Source of the DNA: Acidocella sp.
Lineage (GTDB): Bacteria > Pseudomonadota > Alphaproteobacteria > Acetobacterales > Acetobacteraceae
Length of the DNA stretch: 64,000 bases
Assembly (NCBI GenBank): GCA_026224875.1
Contig: JAMFRU010000089.1
Location: 50,259 to 114,258 of the forward strand
Reading direction: 5' to 3'
A model generated the notes under the pieces. It searched no databases. It had not been told where the DNA came from and saw only the letters and a program-made list of their open reading frames with translations. The position numbers were made by a program, and so were the translations under genes. Of this stretch, positions 1 to 9,349 are shown one piece after another (within the stretch, counting starts at the first letter, position 1; each line of letters starts with the position of its first letter).

Positions 1-1078
1 ACCACACCACAATAGGTGTATGATTCTCACGCACCCGGTCTAGGTTGCTCCCTATTCCGAGGAGATCAGCTTCTTCGAAATTCTTAACGAGTTCAAATGG
101 CACATTATAGTGCTTCAAGATAGCCGGTGTTAGCGCATCTCCAAAATTCTTTAAAGAAAAGCACCAAAGCTTCCATGGAGCAGATGTAAATATCGGCGGA
201 GCCGCCAACTCTGAGTTGAAACCTAAAAGCTTTACGCTTTCTTCGAAAAGCCGGCCAGTATTTCCTGCGAAGGGTTCGGGACTATCAGAAAAGGGAATAA
301 GGGAATCAGCGGTTAGGTACGTATTTTTGATCTCTGGTACGTTCGAAGTCCCTAGTGTGCGGACACTATGGCCTTTGTCGTGCAACATTCCTACGTCTTT
401 AACACGCGCAACGACGGGGAAAACACAAAACAGTTGTTGATCGCGGCAAAGGTTACACACATCCTCGTCTCCGTGAGGCTGCCCGCGGATACTCCCAAAC
501 ATGTCCCATTTGGCTTTTGTCGTAAAAAAGCAGGTTGAAGGAACAAAGTTGAGCTTCACGTATTTATTAAAGTAGCCTCGACGGTTAGCCTCACTAATAG
601 CGACATCAACATACGCTGGGTCAACAGCTGCCCTTCTGGAATCAAAAAAAATGGACTCGCCTGCTAGCGCTATTGTGTCCTTTTCAGATAAAATGCCAGA
701 TTTATAAAGCGCTGTACCCCATGCAAGGGCATCACGCGCAAGTACCGTATCGTCTTCTGTAAATGCCACGAAATCATAGGACTGGAACGCGTAATCGAGA
801 GCGCTCTGACAGGTTTTGCAAGTTCCGAGGTTAACATCATTGGATTTTACCTCAATCGAAGCAAATAGATGGTCAAAATCGGTACAAAAGGACGCTATAT
901 AGTCGAATACCGCTGCGTTTGCATCCGAATCGCCGGTATAAACAGAAGTCGTTTTGACTTTGTCAACCCAGAAGATGAGGTTGAAATTTTCAAGTTCACT
1001 GCATTCAACAAGACTTTTACATAGAGCGTCTAAGGTATCTACCTTAATGTAGCACTGAACGATAAGACCATAAGTCAT
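1..1078 (-). CDS. Partial CDS (C-terminus lies beyond the left window edge): GT-A-like N-terminal region fused to a polysaccharide pyruvyl-transferase-like domain
   Basis: Absent from the ORF track because it has no stop in the window. My reverse-strand translation from ATG 1078-1076 stays open for 359 codons to position 2 (MTYGLIVQCYIKVDTLDALCKSLVEC...FVAFTEDDTVLARDAL...WCFSLKNFGDALTPAILKHY...LLGIGSNLDRV...IVVW). The NFGD..L and IGS motifs resemble N-termini of the pyruvyl transferase family. GC is about 40-45 percent. Confidence 0.55.
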   Translation of the reverse strand, partial: MTYGLIVQCYIKVDTLDALCKSLVECSELENFNLIFWVDKVKTTSVYTGDSDANAAVFDYIASFCTDFDHLFASIEVKSNDVNLGTCKTCQSALDYAFQSYDFVAFTEDDTVLARDALAWGTALYKSGILSEKDTIALAGESIFFDSRRAAVDPAYVDVAISEANRRGYFNKYVKLNFVPSTCFFTTKAKWDMFGSIRGQPHGDEDVCNLCRDQQLFCVFPVVARVKDVGMLHDKGHSVRTLGTSNVPEIKNTYLTADSLIPFSDSPEPFAGNTGRLFEESVKLLGFNSELAAPPIFTSAPWKLWCFSLKNFGDALTPAILKHYNVPFELVKNFEEADLLGIGSNLDRVRENHTPIVVW

Positions 1079-1484
1079 TCCTGAAGACCCTTAGTAAAAT
1101 TTTTTAACGCTAACACTCAGAAACTCTTGGTACGTAGAAAGGAGCCACACCCAAGGAGATCTCCGCAGAAGCCAAAATTTAGACAACCGCGGCAATTTAG
1201 TTTAGATGACTTCGCGTCCCTAAGTTTGTCGGCCCATACTTGGAAGCTGCTCTTTAGCTGCATCCTTGATACGCTGGCCGTGCCGATGTCATCGCAATCC
1301 TGCTTCACCAAAACAATCTCCCTGGGTGCCAAACTTCAAAATAGCCCCAACTACACTTTTTGAACATCATGCCGTATTTTATGATGCGCCGCTAGAACCC
1401 CACTACACGCTTCCCGCTCCGTCGCTCAGATCTGAACATAGCATTTAGCAAGGTTAATATAGATGTTACCCTTATTCAGCCGAA

Positions 1485-4061
1485 TTAGGTGCCCGCACAT
1501 TCCCTCCGCCCCATTCGATCCGGATTGGCATTAAACGATGAGTTCGCCCAATGCAATTTGGTCTTTTTGTAACCTGCCGCGCAATGGGGGGCTAAGACCT
1601 GGTGCAGTACATGCCGCTGCAGCACGGCCATGCCGGGCGGCAATTCGACTGTGAGCCGCGTGGTCATATATTGGGCAAACGCACGGGTGATCAGGCCAGG
1701 CCCCGTGGAAAGCCATAATATGTCGCGATCGTCACGCTTGAGGGCGAGGAGCGCCAGATTAAGTGCCCGCAAAATGATCTCATTTCCCGGCGCCACGGCG
1801 ATAAAATTATTGCCGAGCGTACCTAGATCCTCCTGATAGAAGACCGCATTCACATGCGCGGATATAAGGCCGGAGAGCGGTGCAAGGCAGCGGTCATCGG
1901 CATCTATGTAGACACCTCCGGTTTTGTATAGCCAGGCGAGACGGAACAAATCCGCCCGTTGCGCCGGCTCCAACTGGCGGGAGAAAACACCGAGCAGCTC
2001 GGCGGGATAATGCTCCCGCAGGAAGGCGGCCGCAGAATTGAGATCAAAGCGGATGAGTTGGTAATCTGGATTATACGCCTCCCAGGATGCCATGATACTA
2101 CGGATATCAGCAGGCGGCTCCGCTTTGTCCCAAAATTGGCAAATCAGCTTCGGGATCTGCGCCTGTGGCTCGGCCTGGGCCGCGTATCGCAGGCCGCCGC
2201 TCTCGCGCAATGCCAGCATCAATGAGACAGCCACGGCGGTGTTCTCCGGAAAAATGGAAACCATCAGCCGCAACGCCTGGCTCCGTGGCGCGGGCGGTAA
2301 CGTGGCTAGAACCTGCAGCTCCTGCCATGCCTTGGCATCCACCAGATACTCATCCAGAAGCTGGCCAAGATGCGTTTGTGAAATATTTAATGAAATGCCG
2401 CGCTCCCGGATGTGGTGCGCGTCAATCTGCGTCGCGCGCGTGAGATGATGCCGAGCCTGCTTCAGCTCAAGCGTGAGGATTTTAACACGGGCCAGTTCAT
2501 GATGCGGCCCCGCGTCCTCAGGATTGGCGCGCGCCGCGGCTTCATAAAAGCGGGTGGCGGGGCCAAGCTGCCCCTCGCGCTCGGCAAACAGGCCCAGGAA
2601 GCGCAGCTGAGCTGCCTTTTCCGGTAAACTACGGGTTATCAACCGGAGCAGGAATGGCAGTTCCACACCGGCTTGCCCCACGAGCAGGCCAATCTGCACC
2701 CGGGCTATGGCGAGCCAGAAGTGGTTTGGGAAGCGAGCCGTGGCCGTGTGCGAGAGTTTCAATGCCTGCGAAAAATGTCCAACCTCACGGGTCAGTTTGA
2801 TCCATTTAAGATACAGCTCGGACGTTGCGCCTACCTCTTCGGCAAGTGCTACAAAACCGGCCAGGGCTCCCTCGGCATCCCCGGCCGCGGCCTGGGCCTC
2901 CAGCGCGCCGAGACGCAGCTGTAAATTGTATGGTTGTATCGCCAGCGCCGCCTTATACCGTATGCATGCCTCCATGGCCTCGCCGCGTACGATGTTCTGC
3001 CCGGCCAAAACGGCAAGCGCACCGGCATGGCATGGATCAAGGCGCAACGCTTCATTCAGGCAGACATCACTTGCCGCCTGATGGTTAAGGCGGCGTTCCA
3101 CCGCTGCCATTTCCATCCAAATACCGGCGGAGCCCGGCAGGCACGTCAGCGCCTCCTGCAGCATGTCTTTTGCGTCGGTCAGATGGCCTGCCCGCAATTC
3201 CGTTTGCGCCAATCTTTGCCAGATCAATGGTTCCCGCGGATGATACGCCAGCGCGGCACGGGCAGCCGTGCGGGCGGCGGCAAAATCGCCGACATTGCAT
3301 TGCTCACTGGCAAGTTCAAGCCACGGCCACAGGCTGCGCGGCGATTTTTCACAAGCCGCCGTGAAGTTTGTGATGGCCGCAGCCTTATCACCATGGGCAC
3401 GCGCGCATTGACCCAACCCGATCAACGCCAAATGCTCTTCCCCGCCTCCGATGCAAGCACGGTAAGCCGCCTCGGCGTCCTTCAGACGGCCAAGACCAAG
3501 CAGGGCGGCCCCTGCCCCCAATCTCGGCCACGGATTATCAGGGTCGGCATTAATGGCTTTTTCGAACCAGAGCAGGGCATCTTCAAACTGTCCCGCTTTT
3601 CGCGCCAATTGCCCAAGCCCCAGCAAGGCATGGCTATTGGCTGGCGCAATAGCCAGAATAGCGCGAAAGGTGGCCTCCGCCTCCGCCGGCCGGTTTAGGG
3701 CCTCAAGGTCGGCAGCTGCTTCCACCATGGCCCAGGCGACATTGGCGTCACCAGCGAAGATGTCCTGAAATATGGCCAGCGATGCCGCGCGATCACCCCG
3801 CGCTCTGGCACAATGAGCCAGGCCTGCCTTGGCATGGATGTTTAGCGGATCCAATTGCAGCGCCACCTCAAAAGCTCGCACCGCAGCCGTAAAATCGCCC
3901 AGCGCCCGGCATTCCGCGCCGATTTTCACTTGGACCCAGCCTGCCTTCGGCAATAGGCCGGCGACTATTAAAAGAGCCTCCCGCGCGCCCGCGTGGTCGC
4001 CGCGCGCCCGCGCGGCCAGAGCCTCAGCTTCAGCTGCATGCCATGGCGCCGCAGTATTCAT
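1485..4061 (-). CDS. TPR-repeat protein with C-terminal DXD glycosyltransferase domain (Gly_transf_sug / GT32-like)
   Basis: The ORF shows many A..A...G....A......AL...P repeats. The C-terminal stretch FRLAWLYKTGGVYIDADDRCLAPL is typical of the DXD sugar-binding region. The likely start MNTAAPW (ATG 4061-4059) overlaps the upstream stop as ATGA. Confidence 0.8.
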   Translation of the reverse strand: MNTAAPWHAAEAEALAARARGDHAGAREALLIVAGLLPKAGWVQVKIGAECRALGDFTAAVRAFEVALQLDPLNIHAKAGLAHCARARGDRAASLAIFQDIFAGDANVAWAMVEAAADLEALNRPAEAEATFRAILAIAPANSHALLGLGQLARKAGQFEDALLWFEKAINADPDNPWPRLGAGAALLGLGRLKDAEAAYRACIGGGEEHLALIGLGQCARAHGDKAAAITNFTAACEKSPRSLWPWLELASEQCNVGDFAAARTAARAALAYHPREPLIWQRLAQTELRAGHLTDAKDMLQEALTCLPGSAGIWMEMAAVERRLNHQAASDVCLNEALRLDPCHAGALAVLAGQNIVRGEAMEACIRYKAALAIQPYNLQLRLGALEAQAAAGDAEGALAGFVALAEEVGATSELYLKWIKLTREVGHFSQALKLSHTATARFPNHFWLAIARVQIGLLVGQAGVELPFLLRLITRSLPEKAAQLRFLGLFAEREGQLGPATRFYEAAARANPEDAGPHHELARVKILTLELKQARHHLTRATQIDAHHIRERGISLNISQTHLGQLLDEYLVDAKAWQELQVLATLPPAPRSQALRLMVSIFPENTAVAVSLMLALRESGGLRYAAQAEPQAQIPKLICQFWDKAEPPADIRSIMASWEAYNPDYQLIRFDLNSAAAFLREHYPAELLGVFSRQLEPAQRADLFRLAWLYKTGGVYIDADDRCLAPLSGLISAHVNAVFYQEDLGTLGNNFIAVAPGNEIILRALNLALLALKRDDRDILWLSTGPGLITRAFAQYMTTRLTVELPPGMAVLQRHVLHQVLAPHCAAGYKKTKLHWANSSFNANPDRMGRRECAGT

Positions 4062-4876
4062 TTCACTGCAAGAAAGACAAAATTCATATTGCCAAGATAG
4101 CCCAGCTCCTCGGACCAATATAGTAGCGCGCTTGCTTCGGCAAAGCCGGCCGCCTTGAGCATATTCAATAGATCCCAGCCGAACTTATGGGCATTTCGCC
4201 TTATTCCGACACCGGCACCACAGTCCGAGACTGGCTGGTTAAAGTAGAAAGGGGCTGTAAATATCAGCCGTCCCCCGGGCACCAGCACGCGAGCGAGCTC
4301 CATCAAAGCAGTTTCGAGCGGCTCAACATTCTGAAGCTCATCCAGGGAGACGACAAAGTGGCACGAGGCGCTCTCCACCGGCAGCGTGGCGGCTCCGTCC
4401 GAAAAATAAAAACGAGGCAGAAGCTGCGCATCCGGCGCACTCTCCATGTAGGCAAGAGCAAAGTCCGGCGACACGCCATGCAAGAGACTCTGAGCCCAGC
4501 CAAGCAGGCCGCTGGCCTGAGTCAGATGTAGAGCCGCGCGCTCACGGTTGGTCAGGCGCCGGGGGCAGCCGCAGCGCATTTCCTCGCGCCAATTGGGCAG
4601 GCATTTGCCGTCATTCAACTGCTCGCCATTCGTCGAGGAGTTGAAGCAGGTTGGGTAACGGCAAGCGGCGCATGTGCCGGGTTGCTCCAGCCGCCCCTTA
4701 TGTGTTGCGAAAGAAAGCTGGTAAAGATGCCGGCCATCCAGGATGGACTGATGTTCCTTGAGAAATGCCACGAATTCCGCATGCGAGCGGAACTGCCACG
4801 CAGGGAAATGCGGGGACTGGGCCAATGGGCTGACCCTGAATTGGTAGATTTTGTCTCCGTCACCCGCCGTTTGCAT
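4058..4876 (-). CDS. Class I methyltransferase-fold protein with Cys-rich N-terminal half
   Basis: LPVESASCHFVVSLDELQNVEPLETALMELARVLVPGGRLIFTAPF matches the post-motif-I region of Methyltransf_11-type enzymes. The N-terminal half carries a cysteine cluster (CAACRYPTC...C...CGC). I could not see a GxGxG loop. Confidence 0.6.
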   Translation of the reverse strand: MQTAGDGDKIYQFRVSPLAQSPHFPAWQFRSHAEFVAFLKEHQSILDGRHLYQLSFATHKGRLEQPGTCAACRYPTCFNSSTNGEQLNDGKCLPNWREEMRCGCPRRLTNRERAALHLTQASGLLGWAQSLLHGVSPDFALAYMESAPDAQLLPRFYFSDGAATLPVESASCHFVVSLDELQNVEPLETALMELARVLVPGGRLIFTAPFYFNQPVSDCGAGVGIRRNAHKFGWDLLNMLKAAGFAEASALLYWSEELGYLGNMNFVFLAVK

Positions 4877-4958
4877 GGAATAAAGTAGCCTTAATCCTGA
4901 CTGAATTGATCATGACATTTCAAGTACATACACACAGATTCCAGGTGTAGTTTGATAA

Positions 4959-4980
4959 CACCGGAAATGACTTTCCGGTG
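4959..4980 (-). terminator. Hairpin CACCGGAAA-N4-TTTCCGGTG just downstream of the stop at 4988
   Basis: A 9-bp perfect stem sits in an AT-rich 110-nt gap between two minus-strand genes. There is no strong T-tract. Confidence 0.35.
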
Positions 4981-4987
4981 CGACGGC

Positions 4988-6268
4988 TTATTCCCTCAAT
5001 TTAGCGGCATCAGTGCTAGCCTGAACCAACGCCGTTGAAGCCGCGGCTGATTGCTGGCGCGATAGCATTACTTGCAACCCAGGCTCGTAAAGCACCTGCA
5101 ACCCCATTTCGGCGGAACGCTGGCAGAAGTTGGCGAGCGCCGCCTCTACCGTGGCAAAGTCCTTATGAAATCCATCCAACCCTTGCCAAATTTCACGGCG
5201 AACGGCGAAAGCGCCCGGCCCCGCCGCATCCACCCGGGCAGGCGCCATAAGATCATCCTCATCATGCGCACTGCGCACGCGCAGCACACCGTCCTCAAGC
5301 ATCGCACCGGCATGCTCTACAATGCCGTCCGGCCCCACGGCGCACAGCGCCAGCACACCAAGCTGCGGATCGGCAAATTGCGATACCACTTCGGTCAGCC
5401 ATGGCCCTGAAAGCTCAGCCTGGGAGGAGAGAAACAATAAAACCTTCCCCCGCGCGGCGCGGGCCAGCTCGTTGTAACCAGTCACCGGCCCCGCACCACC
5501 GATGTGGCGCATGTAACGGGCATTGCCAGCCAGCAAGGGAAGAAGCGGGGCATCACAACTGTCATCGCAATCCAGGATGAGCAATTCCGCCTCGGCGGCG
5601 GCAAAGCTGGGCTGCAGCGCTGTCAGGCTACGGTACATCGCAGGCATCTCGGCGCTGGCTACGAAGCACACACTGAGCGCTGGCACTGCGGCAGGCGTAA
5701 AGTCAAGCTGCCCGTACTCCCGCGTTGTCTCGGCCACCGCATCACGCAATGTCCGTAAATTGCGCGGTGAAGCGCCAGCCAGCGTAACGTCGGCCAACTG
5801 CGCAAAGAAATCCGCCACCGTCTGAAACAAAGCAGCCGTGGCACGGTTGTCGGCATCCTCCTTGACGCGCAACCGCGCCATCGTGGCGGTGAGCAACCGG
5901 ACATCCTGGTTAAGCAGGTCCAGGCGGGCAGCGGCGTCCCGCGCTGCCGGCTGACTGAAAACCACCGGCTTGGGAAGTTCCAGCTTCGTTTCCCTGTCCC
6001 GAACGCTAACCCTACAAGGACGCGGGCTGGTAAGTATCTGATAAGGCAGTGCAAAAGAGAAGCCATACCAACCATCACCAACCCCGGCGGCGGCAACGTC
6101 CTCCCGATACAAATGACAAAAGGTGGAGCCGACCACAATGTTATCGGCCAGGATCTCCACCTCCACCCGGCGCTCCGGCGCCTCCGGATACCAGGCCCAA
6201 CCAATGGCCCAACCCTCTTCGGAGAGCAGATCAAGTTGCCCAGCGGCGACAAGTGCCATCGTGCTCAC
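4988..6268 (-). CDS. Glycosyltransferase family 2-like protein with a distinct about 60-aa N-terminal module
   Basis: GT-A-like features: LLILDCDDSCD ... GYNELARAARGKVLLFLSSQAE ... GAFAVRREIWQGLDGFHKDF. The start overlaps the upstream stop (ATGA at 6265-6268). Confidence 0.65.
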   Translation of the reverse strand: MSTMALVAAGQLDLLSEEGWAIGWAWYPEAPERRVEVEILADNIVVGSTFCHLYREDVAAAGVGDGWYGFSFALPYQILTSPRPCRVSVRDRETKLELPKPVVFSQPAARDAAARLDLLNQDVRLLTATMARLRVKEDADNRATAALFQTVADFFAQLADVTLAGASPRNLRTLRDAVAETTREYGQLDFTPAAVPALSVCFVASAEMPAMYRSLTALQPSFAAAEAELLILDCDDSCDAPLLPLLAGNARYMRHIGGAGPVTGYNELARAARGKVLLFLSSQAELSGPWLTEVVSQFADPQLGVLALCAVGPDGIVEHAGAMLEDGVLRVRSAHDEDDLMAPARVDAAGPGAFAVRREIWQGLDGFHKDFATVEAALANFCQRSAEMGLQVLYEPGLQVMLSRQQSAAASTALVQASTDAAKLRE

Positions 6269-8595
6269 GCCCCGCCCTCATGTTGTGCCGTCTCAATCTT
6301 CAGCAGCGTATCCTGATCCAATCCCAGGCGGCGCTTTTGGGCGACACTAATGGCATGCTCCAATACCCTGGTACCCTTCCCGACCGACAGATTCTCTTCC
6401 ACGAATTCCTGCCCCGCCCTTGAAAGCCGCGTCCAAAGCACTTCGTCACGGTATAATTCCAGTACGGCCTTGGCGAAAGACTGCGCGCCATTGGCTACCA
6501 GCACCTGTTCGCCATGAGCCAGCCCGGACCCCTCAACGCCAATATCGGTGGACACGACCGGTAGCCCGTAAGCCATTGATGACGCCACCTTGCCCTTCAC
6601 GCCAGCCCCCACGCGCAGAGGACAGACAAAAACACGGCTGTGATCAAACAGATCCCGTAGATCCTCGATCATGCCGAGAAAAACAATGTCATCCCCCGCC
6701 AAACTGCTGATTTCCTCCGGCGCACGAGCGCCTGCGATGAGAAAGCGAATGCCCGGCTCCGCCGTACGTAGCAAGGGAAATATCTCATTAACGAAATACA
6801 ACACGGCGTCGATGTTCGGAGGATGCCCGTAGCCGCCCAAAAAGCAGATGTCGCGGCGATCGGCGAAGGGAACCCTGGTTCCGTAATGTCCGAACATCAG
6901 CGGCCAGGTGACGATGTTGTTGCTTGGCCCCATTTTATACAGGATGCCGGCTTCGGCTTCCGAATGCGTAATGGTGCAATCGGCGGCGGCAATCATCGCT
7001 TGTTCACGCTTTTTCAAGGCTGCCGCGGCGTCCCACATTGCGTCATCATCCGTCAGCGCCGCCATACGCTCCATACGCAGGAAATGCAGGTCGGCGACAT
7101 GAAACATGACCGCGGCCTGAGGCGCGGTTTCGCGGATCACTGAGATGCAGCGCTCCATTATGCTGGGCCGGTAGACCAGCACAACGTCGAACAACCAGCC
7201 ATAGCGCGCCATGTAGGCCGAGAAATCCAGATCGTAGGGAGCATAGGCACACTCCACGCCGATGCGTTGCAAATCCGTGGTATATCCGGGTTGGAACAGC
7301 CAGTTATCCACGGGCACAAAGTATGGTTTGTAGCCAAGCGCGAGGCAACACTCAAGGGCCATAAAGGTCTGCACCGAGCCGGCGTCCTGGTCTGGCGTTG
7401 GCGTGGTGGCGTCAATCACGAGGATGCGTTTATGCACACCCCGCTCCCGCTCAAAATAGGGAGCCTCGGCATTGCGGCGGCGGGTGGAAAGCATCTCACG
7501 CCAACGCAGGAAGAGTTTTCTGCTGTTGATGACCTGGTAAGCTTTTATGCCGCTGCCGGTGTCCGTGCCAGAAGTTTTGCCCTCGTAATGCACAATGCGC
7601 GAACGCGGCTGAAACCACACTTCGCGTCCCGCCGAGAGTACACGCAGGGCAAGATCGGCATCTTCGCAATAGGCTGGGGTGTAAAGCGGGTCGAACCCCT
7701 CCAAGAGCAACCATAAGTCACGCGGCACTGCAATGGAGCAGCCAGAAATATAGTCCACCTGCCGCGCATGTGAATATTGTGGCCGGTTGGGATCGTCAGC
7801 GCGGCCATAATTCCACGATGACCCATCACGCCAGATGATGCCTCCCGCTTCCTGCAGGCTGCCATCGGCGTAAAATAATTTGGAGCCGATCAACCCAGCC
7901 CGCGGCCATAATTCAAAGCTGGCGAGCATCTCATCCAGCCAGCCCTCGACAACTCTGGTATCGTTGTTGAGCATCACCATGAACCGCCCTTTGGCCATCA
8001 GTGCGCCGGCGTTGCAGCTATTGATAAAACCGCCATTTGCGGACTGACGGTGATAACGTATGCCTTTCACCAACGGCAACACATCACCCGAACAATCCGG
8101 CGACACGTCGTCCACAATAATCACTTCAAAACTATAACGAGATTGGTGGAGAAACAGACTATCGAGACAATTCAGTGTGTAGGCGAGCTGACCATAGATG
8201 GGCACGATAATGGAGGCATCCGGCTGTTCGCAGTGCAGAGACGGCCGCGCCACGGCGAGGCCGTGCAGATGCGCCACGGCCCCATCCAAATCGGGTGCCG
8301 CATCCACGGGAAAAAACCGTTCCAGGAACAAACTGCCGCGGCGCCCTTCCAGGATGACGGCATCGTCCACACGCGCATCGTAAGCGAGGAGCTCCGCCGC
8401 TTGCGCCTTTTCTTCAGCCAATATCCATTCATGTATGGTGCGCGGAACATCGAAGGCCTGCCCCTGGCCGCCGCCCGACACTTCCTTAAGATTGCTCCGC
8501 AACCTGACATTGTCAGCCAACAAACTAATCGTCCGACTCTCCACGGCAAGCAGGCGATTAATCAGCGCGACATCATGGCGGATTGAAGTTGGCAC
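6265..8595 (-). CDS. Bifunctional glycosyltransferase (N-terminal GT2 domain, C-terminal GT4/group 1 domain)
   Basis: The GT2 part reads IIVPIYGQLAYTLNCLDSLFLHQSRYSFEVIIVDDVSPD ... MLNNDT ... CEDADLALR. The GT4 part reads FLIAGA ... VFVCPLRVGAGVKGKVASSMAYGLPVVST. Confidence 0.8.
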   Translation of the reverse strand: MPTSIRHDVALINRLLAVESRTISLLADNVRLRSNLKEVSGGGQGQAFDVPRTIHEWILAEEKAQAAELLAYDARVDDAVILEGRRGSLFLERFFPVDAAPDLDGAVAHLHGLAVARPSLHCEQPDASIIVPIYGQLAYTLNCLDSLFLHQSRYSFEVIIVDDVSPDCSGDVLPLVKGIRYHRQSANGGFINSCNAGALMAKGRFMVMLNNDTRVVEGWLDEMLASFELWPRAGLIGSKLFYADGSLQEAGGIIWRDGSSWNYGRADDPNRPQYSHARQVDYISGCSIAVPRDLWLLLEGFDPLYTPAYCEDADLALRVLSAGREVWFQPRSRIVHYEGKTSGTDTGSGIKAYQVINSRKLFLRWREMLSTRRRNAEAPYFERERGVHKRILVIDATTPTPDQDAGSVQTFMALECCLALGYKPYFVPVDNWLFQPGYTTDLQRIGVECAYAPYDLDFSAYMARYGWLFDVVLVYRPSIMERCISVIRETAPQAAVMFHVADLHFLRMERMAALTDDDAMWDAAAALKKREQAMIAAADCTITHSEAEAGILYKMGPSNNIVTWPLMFGHYGTRVPFADRRDICFLGGYGHPPNIDAVLYFVNEIFPLLRTAEPGIRFLIAGARAPEEISSLAGDDIVFLGMIEDLRDLFDHSRVFVCPLRVGAGVKGKVASSMAYGLPVVSTDIGVEGSGLAHGEQVLVANGAQSFAKAVLELYRDEVLWTRLSRAGQEFVEENLSVGKGTRVLEHAISVAQKRRLGLDQDTLLKIETAQHEGGA

Positions 8596-8845
8596 GATCT
8601 CGTTAATGGGCTGATTTCGTCAAAGCACTCAAGGGGCCCAGCGTCCAGAACCGGCCAATCACGAATCTTTGATTAGGATATACAGCTCTCATACATCCAA
8701 TTTTATCCTTGCTGGGTTTATGGCACAAGGGTCGCCTTGAAAATCAAATAAAAGTTTTCTATGCTGCATGTGCGAATTAGCTTGCCGCGAACGATAATAA
8801 TGGTTCTCTCTGCGTTAAACATGCCTCAATCGAAAGACCCGCCCA

Positions 8846-9349
8846 ATGGCAATAGCCGATATTCACGCCGTGAAATCTCGAAACACATTCGCAATCGATA
8901 CCGCGGATACGCTGGGCACGACGAGGTTTTTCGGCATCGGGGACCCTGTTGCTAACCGGAGGTTGTCTGGCTGGGCCGCGCCGGAGGACAACCAGAATTG
9001 GAATAATGGCCCTGAAGTTGGCTATATACTAAAAGTCTCGCCACCGCCGCGCCAAACATGCTCCATCCGGGTCGAGGGTGTCGCGTTCATTGAGGCAAAC
9101 GTGCCAGCCCAAGATATCACGCTTTATTTCAATGGGCTACGTTTGGGCTGGTGGCGAATCGCCCACGGCAGGCCGGTCGTGCTGGAGGCCGAGGTCGAAC
9201 CCCAGCAATGGTTTGTGCGGGATGATGTGGCAATCGGCAATGTCCGCTGGCATATTCCAAAGAGCACCAGCCCTCGTGATATTGGCACGGGATCAGACGA
9301 ACGAGAGCTTGGCTTCTGCTTCAGGAGCATCGCCGTTTCGTTACTTTGA
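8846..9349 (+). CDS. Hypothetical protein (GW..PE ... D.RELG type module often seen in glycan loci)
   Basis: The ORF is divergent from the GT operon. Its stop overlaps the next start (ATGA at 9346-9349). SGWAAPEDNQNWNNG and SDERELGFCF are the only recognisable motifs. Confidence 0.5.
   Translation: MAIADIHAVKSRNTFAIDTADTLGTTRFFGIGDPVANRRLSGWAAPEDNQNWNNGPEVGYILKVSPPPRQTCSIRVEGVAFIEANVPAQDITLYFNGLRLGWWRIAHGRPVVLEAEVEPQQWFVRDDVAIGNVRWHIPKSTSPRDIGTGSDERELGFCFRSIAVSLL

Noticed and set aside
216-1448. Plus- and minus-strand ORFs in the low-GC segment (216-440, 1117-1332, 1127-1363, 1266-1448).
   Set aside because: 216-440 lies antisense to the much longer open frame 1-1078. The others are short, overlap each other in the AT-rich spacer, and have no motifs or RBS.
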